Below the pieces are notes generated by a model, which was not told the origin of the DNA, searched no databases, and saw only the letters and a list, made by a program, of their open reading frames with translations. DNA of 64,000 nucleotides from an uncultured Pseudomonadota bacterium (GTDB taxonomy: Bacteria; Myxococcota_A; Polyangia; Fen-1088): the NCBI GenBank assembly GCA_963729535.1, contig CAVSOL010000002.1, forward strand, positions 771,503-835,502, read 5' to 3'. The position numbers and the translations under genes are program-made. Position 1 is the stretch's first letter. The number at the start of each line of letters is the position of its first letter. Positions 12,212-20,869 of this stretch are shown piece by piece.

Positions 12212-13158
12212 AGCTCGTGGCCGGCGCGACCGAGTTCGCGGCGACGGCGCGCGCGGGCGACCCGCGGCCGCTGGCCGTGGCTGTGGGTAACTTCGACGGC
12301 GTGCACATCGGCCACCAGGCGCTGCTGCGCGAGGCGCGTGCGCGCGCGGAGCGGCACGCCGCGCGCGCCGCGATCTTGACGTTCACGCCCCACCCGGCGC
12401 GGCTGTTCGCCCCGGCGAAGGCGCCGCCGCTCATCATGCCGCTCGCACGGCGGCTGGAGCTGTGCGCCGAGGCCGGCATCGAGCTGGCGATCGTCGAGCC
12501 GTTCACCCGTGAGTTCGCCGCGACGCCCGCCGACGCGTTCGTGCGCGACGTGCTGGGCCGTGACCTGGGCGCGCGCGACGTCGTGGTCGGTTACGACTTC
12601 AGCTTCGGGCGCGGGCGCGCCGGCGACGCCCGCCTGCTGGCGCAGCTCGGCGCGAGCCTGGGTATCGAAGTCGCCGTGATCCCGCCGGTCGCGATCGGCG
12701 ATACCAGCTGCTCGTCGACGCGCATCCGCGAGCTGGTCACCGCCGGCGACACCGTCGGCGCGGCGCGGCTGCTGGGCCGGCCGTTCGAGCTCGAAGGGCC
12801 GGTGGTGCGCGGAGCGGGCCGCGGCCGCGGCCTCGGCTTCCCGACCGCCAACATCGCCGCGGAGGGGGAGCTTCGCCCGGCGCTAGGCATCTACGCGGCG
12901 CGCGCGCGCGTGCTGGACGGCGAGCTTGCAGGCCAGGTCCACGCCGCGGCGCTCAGCGTCGGCCGGAATCCGACGTTTTCTTCTGCTGCCGACGTCAGCG
13001 TCGAAGCGTACTTGCTGGATTTCGAAGGTGATCTTTACGACCGGCGGCTGCGCGTCGAGCTCGGCGAGCGATTGCGCGACGAGTTGAAATTCGACTCGGT
13101 CGCGGCGCTGGTGGCGCAGATCGAGCGAGACGTCGCGCGTATCCGACAGCTAGTATGA
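12208..13158 (+). CDS. ribF: Bifunctional riboflavin kinase / FMN adenylyltransferase
   Basis: 316 aa. It has VAVGNFDGVHIGHQ, GYDFSFGRGRAG, and the kinase part GLGFPTANI..VEAYLLDF. Confidence 0.95.
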   Translation: MKLVAGATEFAATARAGDPRPLAVAVGNFDGVHIGHQALLREARARAERHAARAAILTFTPHPARLFAPAKAPPLIMPLARRLELCAEAGIELAIVEPFTREFAATPADAFVRDVLGRDLGARDVVVGYDFSFGRGRAGDARLLAQLGASLGIEVAVIPPVAIGDTSCSSTRIRELVTAGDTVGAARLLGRPFELEGPVVRGAGRGRGLGFPTANIAAEGELRPALGIYAARARVLDGELAGQVHAAALSVGRNPTFSSAADVSVEAYLLDFEGDLYDRRLRVELGERLRDELKFDSVAALVAQIERDVARIRQLV

Positions 13159-13607
13159 CCGCGATGTTCGACACCGAGACGATGGCCGAGCTGTGCGTCA
13201 AACAGGGGCTGGTGGACGAGGCTCTCGCCATCTATCGACGGCTGGCGGACCAGAGTGAGGAGCTTGCCCCGCGCCGCCGCTACGAGGCGCGGATGGCTGC
13301 GCTGGGCACCCCGCGCGACGCACGGCCGATGGACACGCCCGGGCTGCGCGTCGACCGGCGGGGCGACGAGGTCGAGATCGAATGGCGGCTGCCGCCGAAC
13401 GTGAATTCGCCGGCACTGCAGCTACTGCTGTTGCGGCGGACGCCCACTGGCATCGCCGTCGAGCCGCGCACCACGGCGCTGACGTCGATGGGCGGGACCA
13501 CCGTGGTCGTCGTGCCCGACCTGCATTCGCTGCGCGCCGCCGCCGGCCGCGTCCGCGACGACGGCACCTTCATCCCGATCATCCGACTGTCTCCCGAAGC
13601 GCGATAG
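13155..13607 (+). CDS. Hypothetical protein (single TPR-like N-terminal helix pair)
   Basis: 150 aa. The ATG overlaps the ribF stop (ATGA). The N-terminus reads TMAELCVKQGLVDEALAIYRRLADQ. I recognise no enzymatic motif. Confidence 0.6.
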   Translation: MTAMFDTETMAELCVKQGLVDEALAIYRRLADQSEELAPRRRYEARMAALGTPRDARPMDTPGLRVDRRGDEVEIEWRLPPNVNSPALQLLLLRRTPTGIAVEPRTTALTSMGGTTVVVVPDLHSLRAAAGRVRDDGTFIPIIRLSPEAR

Positions 13608-13611
13608 CGCC

Positions 13612-14157
13612 TCAGGGGTTGGTGCGGACGACGCGGAACGCGCCGTCGGTGACGGTGACGGTGCGCGCGGGCACCATCGACTTCAACGTCGCCGTGAACG
13701 TGCCCTGGATGACGTCGCCGATGGCCGGGGCGGCGGACGTGACGTTGACGCTGCAGCTGCCGCCGCCCAGATCGGATCGCGGGTTGCCGTTGTTGTCGAA
13801 CAGCCCGACCCAGCCCATCCCACAGTCGTGCATACCGACCTGGTTCAGTACGTAGAGATTCCACGACGTCGGCGCCGTCCCTGCAACGACCCAGATCTGA
13901 CCATCGGCCACGCCCTGAACGCCGGCTTTCGGCTCGGACTCGGCGCGAACGACGACGCCGTCGACGGTGCCGGTGATGAAACCGGGTGCGCTGCCCCCCG
14001 CACCGCCGGCGCCTGTGCTGCCGCCGCTGCCCGCGTTGCCGGCGCCGCTGCCCGCCGCGCCTCCACCGCCGTCCGTTGCCGCGCCGCCGCCGCCGCACGC
14101 CGCCAGACCCAACGCGATCGACCCTACAAAACCAAGCAACCGATAGCGATAAGTCAT
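13612..14157 (-). CDS. Lipoprotein with a short Gly-rich tether and a beta-rich C-terminal domain
   Basis: The start is at MTYRYRLLGFVGSIALGLAAC (lipobox LAAC). A tether GGGGAATDGGGGAAGSGAGNAGSGG follows, then an unassigned domain of about 125 aa. Confidence 0.7.
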   Translation of the reverse strand: MTYRYRLLGFVGSIALGLAACGGGGAATDGGGGAAGSGAGNAGSGGSTGAGGAGGSAPGFITGTVDGVVVRAESEPKAGVQGVADGQIWVVAGTAPTSWNLYVLNQVGMHDCGMGWVGLFDNNGNPRSDLGGGSCSVNVTSAAPAIGDVIQGTFTATLKSMVPARTVTVTDGAFRVVRTNP

Positions 14158-14215
14158 GGCCAATTCTGCCATGAAGCTCGGCCGCCGCCTCCGATCGGTG
14201 TGATATACGAAGTCC

Positions 14216-15088
14216 ATGTTTCAAGGGGCCATCACAGCGCTGGTAACGCCCTTCCGCGGAGACGCGATCGACGAGGAGGCGCTGCGCCGCCTGGTCGACG
14301 AGCAGATCGCCGCGGGCATTCACGGCTTGGTCCCGGTCGGGACCACGGGCGAATCGCCGACCGTCACCAACGAAGAGCACGTCCGCATCATCGAGATCGT
14401 CGTGCAGGCGGCGAACAAGCGCGTGCCGGTGATCGCCGGCACCGGATCGAACTCGACGCGCGAGACCATCGAGATGTCCGCGGCGGCGAAGCGCGTCGGC
14501 GCCGACGGCCTGTTGCTGGTCACGCCGTATTACAACCGTCCCGGGCAGGAGCACCTTTACCGCCACTTCAAGGCGGTGATGGAAGCCGTGCCGCTGCCGG
14601 CGATCCTCTACAACGTCCCCGGGCGCACCGCGTGCGACGCGCTGCCCGAGACGATCGCGCGCCTCACAGAGGTGCGCACGCTGGTCGCCGTCAAGGAAGC
14701 GACCGGATCGGCGCTGCGCGCAGCGCAGATCATCGCCCGCGTCGGCGATCGGCTGGCCGTGCTGTCGGGCGACGACGCGACGACGTTCCCGCTGCTCGCG
14801 CTGGGCGCGCGCGGCGTGATCTCCGTGGTCAGCAACGTCGCGCCCGCGCTGATGAGCGGCATGTGCAACGCCGCCGCCGCCGGCGACTGGAACAAGGCGC
14901 GCGAGATCCACTACAAGCTGCTGCCGCTCGGCGAGGGGCTGTTCGTCGAGGCGAACCCGATTCCGGTCAAGGCGGCGCTGGCGATGATGGGGCGAATCGC
15001 GGACGAGATCCGACCGCCGCTCTACCCGCTGGCCGAGCAATTCCGCGCGAAGCTACGCGCGCAACTCGCCGAGCTCGGACTGGTCTAA
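14216..15088 (+). CDS. dapA: 4-hydroxy-tetrahydrodipicolinate synthase
   Basis: 290 aa. It has GLVPVGTTGESPT, TPYYNRP, and the active-site Lys context VAVKEATG. Confidence 0.97.
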   Translation: MFQGAITALVTPFRGDAIDEEALRRLVDEQIAAGIHGLVPVGTTGESPTVTNEEHVRIIEIVVQAANKRVPVIAGTGSNSTRETIEMSAAAKRVGADGLLLVTPYYNRPGQEHLYRHFKAVMEAVPLPAILYNVPGRTACDALPETIARLTEVRTLVAVKEATGSALRAAQIIARVGDRLAVLSGDDATTFPLLALGARGVISVVSNVAPALMSGMCNAAAAGDWNKAREIHYKLLPLGEGLFVEANPIPVKAALAMMGRIADEIRPPLYPLAEQFRAKLRAQLAELGLV

Positions 15089-15090
15089 CC

Positions 15091-15906
15091 GTGGCGCGCC
15101 CGATTCGCATCGCGGTGCTGGGGGCCGACGGGCGGATGGGACGCGCCCTCACCCGCGCGGTGATGGCGGCGTCTCCGCGCGCGCAGCTCGCGGCGGCGTC
15201 GGAGCGGCCCGGGCACGCGGCCGTGGGCAAGGACGCGGGTGTCGTCGCGGGCGTGGAGGCGGCAGGCGTGGCGATCGCCGAGGAGCTGCCGGCGCGCGGC
15301 ACCGCCGACGTCTGGATCGACTTCACGTCGGCCAACGTGACGGAGTCGGTCGCGGCCACCGCCACCGCCCAGGGCGTCGGGCTGGTCGTCGGGACCACGG
15401 GCCTGGGGACACACGCGCGCGCGGCGCTGGGCGTCGCGGCGACGCGCATCCCGGTCGTCTACGCGGCCAACTACTCGGTCGGCATCAACGTGATGCTGAA
15501 GCTGATCGCCGACGCGGCGCGCGCGCTGGGCCCCGACTACGACATCGAGCTCGTCGAGGCGCACCACCGCGCCAAGCGCGACGCGCCGTCGGGCACGGCG
15601 TTGACGCTGGCGGACGCGCTGGCCTCGGCGAGCGGGCGCGACCTGGCGGCCGCCGCCCGTTACGCCCGCCACGGCGACATCGGCGCGCGCTCGCACAACG
15701 AGATCGGCATCCAGACCTTGCGCGGCGGCGACGTCGTGGGCGACCACACGGTGATGTTCCTGGGCAACGGCGACCGGCTGGAGGTCACCCACCGCGCCAG
15801 CACGCGCGACACGTTCGCCGTCGGCGCCGTCCGCGCCGCGCTGTGGGTGGTCGGCTGCCAGCCCGGCCTCTACGACATGCGCAACGTGCTCGGCCTCGGG
15901 CTGTAG
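15091..15906 (+). CDS. dapB: 4-hydroxy-tetrahydrodipicolinate reductase
   Basis: The GTG at 15091 is in the frame of ORF 13828..15906. It has IRIAVLGADGRMG and the signature EAHHRAKRDAPSGTA. Confidence 0.93.
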   Translation: MARPIRIAVLGADGRMGRALTRAVMAASPRAQLAAASERPGHAAVGKDAGVVAGVEAAGVAIAEELPARGTADVWIDFTSANVTESVAATATAQGVGLVVGTTGLGTHARAALGVAATRIPVVYAANYSVGINVMLKLIADAARALGPDYDIELVEAHHRAKRDAPSGTALTLADALASASGRDLAAAARYARHGDIGARSHNEIGIQTLRGGDVVGDHTVMFLGNGDRLEVTHRASTRDTFAVGAVRAALWVVGCQPGLYDMRNVLGLGL

Positions 15907-15913
15907 GCAGCCG

Positions 15914-17291
15914 TTACCAGGTGACGGCGTCGACGTAGGCGCTGAACGCGCCGCTGGTCTGGAACTCGACGCCCACCTGCTTGCCCGAGCAACCGGCCGG
16001 CACGGTGATGGTGACGACGTTCCACGAGCCCTTGAGCACGGTCGACACCGGGTTGATCACCTTCCACTCGTTGCCGCCCGACCTTCTTCACGAACGGGTT
16101 GATGTGCGGTGAGCTTGCTGTCCGACGCGAGGTACAGATAGAAGCTCACCTTGGTGCCGGCGGGGAGCGCCAGGTTCGACGGGCCCTGCATGCGGATCGT
16201 GCCGGAGCCGCTGGCGTAGGCCGCCTTGAGGAACTTGCTGCCCGTCTGCGCGACGGTCTGGTTCGACGAGCTCAGCACGAGCTGGGTGTTGCCGGCGGTC
16301 CAGCCGTCGACGCCCGATTCGAAGTCGTAGCGGACCGTGCGCCCGTCGGCGGTCTTGCCGGCGACCACCTGGCCGGAGGAGGTGAAGCTCTTGTTCTGCC
16401 GCCACACGGTGATGGTCTCGTTCCACGCGCTCATCGGGCCTTCGCCCATCGCGCACGCCTTGTAGCCATCGGGGACGTTGTTGGTCTTCGCGTCCGACGG
16501 GACGCAGCCGTTGATGTGGCAGAAGCCGCTGGCAAACAGGTTGCGATACGGCGCGCCTGTCTGCTTGGCGCCGATGCGCCCCTCGACGACGTCCTTGTCG
16601 AAGCCGGGGCCGCTGCAGTAGTAGGCGTCGATGCGGCCTACGTTGTTCAGCTGGAACATGTTGCCGAAGAACGTCCCCTCCTGGTTGGGGTAGTTCGGAT
16701 CCTGGCCCCAGCCGATCGCCGAGTTCTGCGCGACGATGGAGATCGGCACGTGAATGCCGGCAGTGTTGACGTGGGCGAGCAAGCAGGCGGAGATCCAGCG
16801 CTTGCACGGGACCGTCGCAGACGCCGTTCTCCCACTGAGGCGCGAGGCCGAGCGAGCCTTGCATCGTGATACGAGGTGCCGTTCTGGTCTTGCTTCGCGA
16901 TGCTGCGGCCTTCGGGCAGCGCGCAGCGAACAAGGTACTTGGACATCATGCGCCCGCCGTCGGTCGTCATGAGCCCGTTCATCGTCAGCCCGTTCATGGT
17001 CAGCCCGTTGACGGCGCTGAGGCCGTTCATGGTCAGGCCGTTCATCGTCAGCCCGTTCATGGTCAGGCCGTTCATCGTCAGCCCGTTCATGGTCAGGCCG
17101 TTCATCGTCAGCCCGTTCTCTGACGCCTCGAGGGCGCTGGTGTCCTCCGCGACGCCGTCGTCGTCAGAGGCCGGCAAACATCCGAGCCCCGCGAAGGTGG
17201 CCGACATCGGCAGCGACAGAGCAAGAGTGGGCGACTCGGGACTGAGCGTGACGGGCCGGTGCATACCGGGCCAATCGGTTGCAGTAAGCAT
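15914..17291 (-). CDS. Secreted protein with an NGLTM pentapeptide-repeat array, a Cys-rich core domain and a C-terminal CBM-like beta-sandwich (about 4 frame breaks)
   Basis: The N-terminus and (NGLTM)x6-NGLSAV-(NGLTM)x2 are in ORF 16647..17387. The core YLVRCALPEG..TMQGSLGLAPQWENGVCDG..CKRWISACLLAHVNTAGIHVPIS..RIDAYYCSGPGF..FCHINGC spans three frames. The tail ..INPFVKKVGGNEWKVINPVSTVLKGSWNVVTITVPAGCSGKQVGVEFQTSGAFSAYVDAVTW stops at 15914-15916. Breaks lie near 16080, 16105, 16810 and 16870. The start codon choice is uncertain. Confidence 0.65.
16977..17114 (-). repeat. 15-bp coding tandem repeat (GTTCATSGTCAGSCC); the last 90 bp are three exact 30-bp units
   Basis: Read directly from the sequence. 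Positions 17025..17054, 17055..17084 and 17085..17114 are identical 30-mers. More degenerate 15-mers occupy 16977..17024. On the minus strand the array encodes NGLTM units. Confidence 0.9.
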
Positions 17292-17345
17292 GCCTACAAA
17301 ATAAATTTGAGTAAAATACTTAACTAACTGATTCTTATATGGCTC
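17292..17345 (-). promoter_or_regulatory. AT-rich island immediately upstream of the repeat-protein gene (probable promoter / AU-rich leader)
   Basis: Positions 17296..17340 contain only 8 G/C in 45 nt (acaaaataaatttgagtaaaatacttaactaactgattcttatat), inside an otherwise very GC-rich window. The island ends 5 nt before the ATG at 17291. TATAAG and TATTTT hexamers are present on the minus strand. Confidence 0.4.
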
Positions 17346-17426
17346 GTCGTGAGCCGTGCCTGGCAGGCGTTGCGTCATCAGCAACACCTGCCCGTTATCG
17401 AGGCAACAGTCGGACTTAGCCCGCGG

Positions 17427-18507
17427 CTAGCCGGCCGCTTTGGCGAACGTCGCCATGAAGTCGGCCAGCGCCTTGGCGCCCGCGACCGGCATCGCGTTGT
17501 AGATCGACGCGCGGATGCCGCCGACCGTGCGGTAGCCCTTGAGCGCCACCATGCCGGCCTTCGCGGCATCCTTCACGAACTTGTCGGTCTGCTCTTCGCT
17601 GGGGAGCAGGAACGTCACGTTCATGTGGCTGCGCGCCGCCTTGTCGGCGACCGTCCCCTTGTAGAAGCCGCCCGACGCGTCGATGGCGCCGTAGATCAGC
17701 GCCGCCTTCTCGGCGTTGCGCTTCTCGACGGCGGCCAGGCCGCCCTGCGCCTCGATCCACCGGAACGTCTCGAGCAGGAAGTAGATGCCGAACGTCGGCG
17801 GCGTGTTGAGGCAGCTCTTGGCCTCGGCGAGCGCCTTGAAGCTGAAGATCTTCGGCACGCTCTTGGCGATGCGGTCGTAGAGGTCCTTGCGCACGATCGT
17901 CAGCACGACGCCGGCCGGCCCGAGGTTCTTCTGCGCCCCCGCGTACACCAGCGCGGTGCGCGCGATCGGGTGCGGGCCGCGACATCATCTCGGAGCTGGA
18001 GTCGACGACCAGGTTCGCGTGCTCCGGCCATTCGACCAGCCGGTGGCCGTGCACGGTCTCGTTCGAGCAGACGTGCAGGTAGGCGGCGGCCGGATCGGCC
18101 GTCCAGCCCGTGGGCGGACGATCGAAGTTGGTCGCTTCGCTGGAACCAATGACGCGGATCTTCTCGCCGTAGGCGCTCTGCGCCGCGGACGCCGCCTTCT
18201 TCGACCACTCGCCGCCGACGACGTAGTCGGCCGTCCCGTTGAGGATGTTCATCGGGATGACGTTGAACAGCTGCGTCGCCCCGCCCTGCAGGAAGAGGAT
18301 GTCGTGCGTATCCGGCACCGACAGCAGGCTCTTGCACTTGGCGATCGCCTCGTCGAGGACACCGTCGAACTCCTTGCCGCGGTGGCTGCACTCGGCGATG
18401 CCGAAGCCCTTGCCCTGGTAGTCGACCAGAGCCTTGGCGGATGCCTCGAGGACCTCTGCCGGCAGCATCGCCGGCCCTGCGCTGAAGTTGTAGACGCGGT
18501 TGCTCAT
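17427..18507 (-). CDS. serC: Phosphoserine aminotransferase (one frame break near 17960)
   Basis: The N-terminus MSNRVYNFSAGPAMLPAEVL..FLQGGATQLF..VDSSSEMMSRP is in ORF 17416..18507. The continuation ..ALVYAGAQKNLGPAGVVLTIVRKDL..GGIRASIYNAMP is in ORF 17427..17948. Confidence 0.9.
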
Positions 18508-18595
18508 GCCGCCTTGTTACCGCTCGCGGCGTCCGAGTTCAAGCCCTGTCGCGGGCTTGTTTCACCGTCCAGGTCGCCTTACGACTTCGGCTGAT

Positions 18596-18624
18596 TTGTC
18601 GGGGGTTTGCGCAGCCCGTAATAT
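18596..18624 (+). promoter_or_regulatory. Candidate sigma-70-type promoter for murQ (TTGTCG-N17-TAATAT), predicting a leaderless mRNA
   Basis: The -35-like hexamer is at 18596..18601 and the -10-like TAATAT at 18619..18624. Only 6 nt separate the -10 from the murQ ATG at 18631. This is pattern matching only. Confidence 0.3.
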
Positions 18625-18630
18625 GAGCGG

Positions 18631-19623
18631 ATGCCTCGCGCGCCACGGACGTCGTCGGAGCTGGCCGAGCTTCCGACGGAGGCGACGCACCCCCGCGCGG
18701 CGCGACTGGACACCATGCCGCCCGAGGCGATCGCGGCGCTGATGCTGGGCGAGGAGGCGAAGGCGGTGCGCGCCGCGCAGGCGCGCGCCGATGACATCGG
18801 CAAGGCCGCGCGCCTGATCGCCGACAAGCTGGCGGCGGGAGGCCGGCTGATCTACGTCGGCGCGGGGACGTCGGGGCGCCTGGGGACGCTGGACGCGGTG
18901 GAGTGCGTGCCGACGTTCGGCGTGCCGCCGTCGCGGCTGGTGCCGATCATCGCGGGCGGGCCGGCGGCGCTGACGCGTTCGATCGAAGGCGCCGAGGACA
19001 ACGTGCGCGACGGCGAGCAGCGCATGCGGCGCGTGGCGGTCGGCCCGGCCGACGTCGTCTGCTGCGTCGCCGCGTCGGGGACGACGCCGTTCGTGCGCGC
19101 GGCGCTCGACTACGCGCGCTTCCGGCGCGCCGCGACCATCTTCGTCCGCTGCGGGCGGCCCAACGACGACGACAGCGGCGCCGCCAACGTGGTCATCGCG
19201 CTGGACACCGGGCCGGAGGTGATCGCCGGCTCGACGCGGCTCAAGGCGGGGACGGCGACGAAGATCACCCTCAACGCGATGTCGACCGCTGCGTTCGTGC
19301 TGCTGGGCAAGACCTACGGCGGCCTGATGGTCGACGTGCGCCCCACCAACGCGAAGCTGTGGGCGCGCGCGATCCGCATCGTGCGGACACTGTCCGGCGT
19401 CGACGACGCGACCGCGCGCCGGCTGATCGAGAAGGCCGGCGGCCGCGCGAAGGTCGCGCTGGTCATGCACCACGCGGGCGTCAACGCGACGCGCGCCAAG
19501 GAGCTGCTGGTCAAGCACAAGGGCTCGCTGCGCGCGATCGTCGGCGACGTCGCGCCCGATGGCTGCGGCGACAGCGTGGCCGACATGGACGAAGGGCCGC
19601 GCACCGGCAACGGGGCGCGATGA
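18631..19623 (+). CDS. murQ: N-acetylmuramic acid 6-phosphate etherase
   Basis: 330 aa with a SIS domain: RLIYVGAGTSGRLG, CVAASGTTPF, IAGSTRLKAGTATK. Confidence 0.93.
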   Translation: MPRAPRTSSELAELPTEATHPRAARLDTMPPEAIAALMLGEEAKAVRAAQARADDIGKAARLIADKLAAGGRLIYVGAGTSGRLGTLDAVECVPTFGVPPSRLVPIIAGGPAALTRSIEGAEDNVRDGEQRMRRVAVGPADVVCCVAASGTTPFVRAALDYARFRRAATIFVRCGRPNDDDSGAANVVIALDTGPEVIAGSTRLKAGTATKITLNAMSTAAFVLLGKTYGGLMVDVRPTNAKLWARAIRIVRTLSGVDDATARRLIEKAGGRAKVALVMHHAGVNATRAKELLVKHKGSLRAIVGDVAPDGCGDSVADMDEGPRTGNGAR

Positions 19624-20783
19624 CAGACGACCCGCTGCGCCGCCTGCTCGCCGCGCGCGAGCGCCCCCGCCGCATCATCATCGGCCTGCTGTCCGGGACC
19701 AGCGCCGACGGAACCGACGCGGCGCTGTGCGACGTCGGCGGCTTCGGCGAGAACACCGGCCTGGTCGCGCGCGCGTTCGTGACCACGCCGTTCCCGCGAC
19801 CGCTGCGCGAACGCATCTACCGCCTGGCGCAGGCCGACGCGTCCGAGCTGTGCGATCTCGACGTCTTGCTGGGCGAGACGTTCGCCGACGCGGCGTTTGC
19901 GGTGTGCGCGGCGGCGGGCATCACCATCGAGGAAGTGGATCTCATCGGCTCGCACGGCCAGACCGCCGTGCACCACCCGCGCTCCGCCGGGAGCCTGGGC
20001 GCGACGCTGCAGATCGGCGAGGCCGCCGTGATCGCCGAGCGCACCGGCCGCCCGGTGATCAGCGACTTCCGCGTGCGCGACGTCGCCGCCGGCGGCGAGG
20101 GGGCGCCGCTGGTGCCGCTGGTCGATCACCTGCTGTTCCGGGCGCCCGGGCGGCGGCGCGCGATGCAGAACATCGGCGGCATCGCCAACGTCACGCTGGT
20201 GTCGTCGCGCCTGGACGAGCTGGTCGCGTTCGACAACGCCCCGGGCAACATGCCGCTGGACACGGTGGCGCGCTCGGCGTCCGCCGGCAGCGAAGCCTTC
20301 GACCGCGACGGCCACCGCGCCGCGCGCGGCTCGATCGACGCGGGTCTGCTCACCGAGCTGCACCGGCACCCCTACCTGGCCAAGCCGCTGCCCAAGTCGA
20401 CCGGGCGCGAGACCTTCGGCCGCGACTTCGTCTACCCGTTGCTCACCCGCTACGAGTCGCGCAAGGACGACCTGCTCGCGACGCTGACCCGGTTCTCCGC
20501 CGAGGCGATCGCGCGCAGCTACCGCGAGATGCTGCCCGCGCTGCCCGACGAGGTCTTCGTCTCGGGCGGCGGCGCGCTGAACCCGGTGCTGATGCGCCAC
20601 CTCAAGGAGCTGCTGGCGCCGATCCGCGTCGAATCGAGCGCCGCGCTGGGCGTCGACCCGGAGGCCAAGGAAGCGATCTCGTTCGCCGTGCTCGCCAACC
20701 AGACGCTGTTCGGGGAAGCCGGCAACATCCCGGCGGTGACCGGCGCCGTCGGCCCGCGCGTGCTCGGCAAGCTGTCGTTCTGA
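19620..20783 (+). CDS. anmK: Anhydro-N-acetylmuramic acid kinase
   Basis: The ATG at 19620 overlaps the murQ stop. It has IIGLLSGTSADGTDAAL, DLIGSHGQTAVH, QNIGGIANV and VSGGGALNPVLM. Confidence 0.93.
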   Translation: MTDDPLRRLLAARERPRRIIIGLLSGTSADGTDAALCDVGGFGENTGLVARAFVTTPFPRPLRERIYRLAQADASELCDLDVLLGETFADAAFAVCAAAGITIEEVDLIGSHGQTAVHHPRSAGSLGATLQIGEAAVIAERTGRPVISDFRVRDVAAGGEGAPLVPLVDHLLFRAPGRRRAMQNIGGIANVTLVSSRLDELVAFDNAPGNMPLDTVARSASAGSEAFDRDGHRAARGSIDAGLLTELHRHPYLAKPLPKSTGRETFGRDFVYPLLTRYESRKDDLLATLTRFSAEAIARSYREMLPALPDEVFVSGGGALNPVLMRHLKELLAPIRVESSAALGVDPEAKEAISFAVLANQTLFGEAGNIPAVTGAVGPRVLGKLSF

Positions 20784-20869
20784 CCCGGGCCCCTCAAAGG
20801 GTCCCGAACCTCCCGCTCGACGCGATCAGGCCCTGAACCTTCGGAGCGTCCGGGCAACCTATCCCCGGA

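Noticed and set aside
16977-17114. Tandem repeats (16977..17114, 26588..26797, 52477..52567) considered as possible CRISPR-like or satellite arrays.
   Set aside because: They are head-to-tail with no spacers. Their periods are multiples of 3 (15/30, 21 and 18 bp). They lie in frame inside coding regions, and there are no cas genes.
17361-17374. A sigma-54-like TGGCAG..TTGC element, with similar near-matches at 1387, 3291 and 47226.
   Set aside because: The GG-to-GC spacing is 10 (or off by one in the others) rather than the fixed 12. The orientation and position do not precede a gene start.
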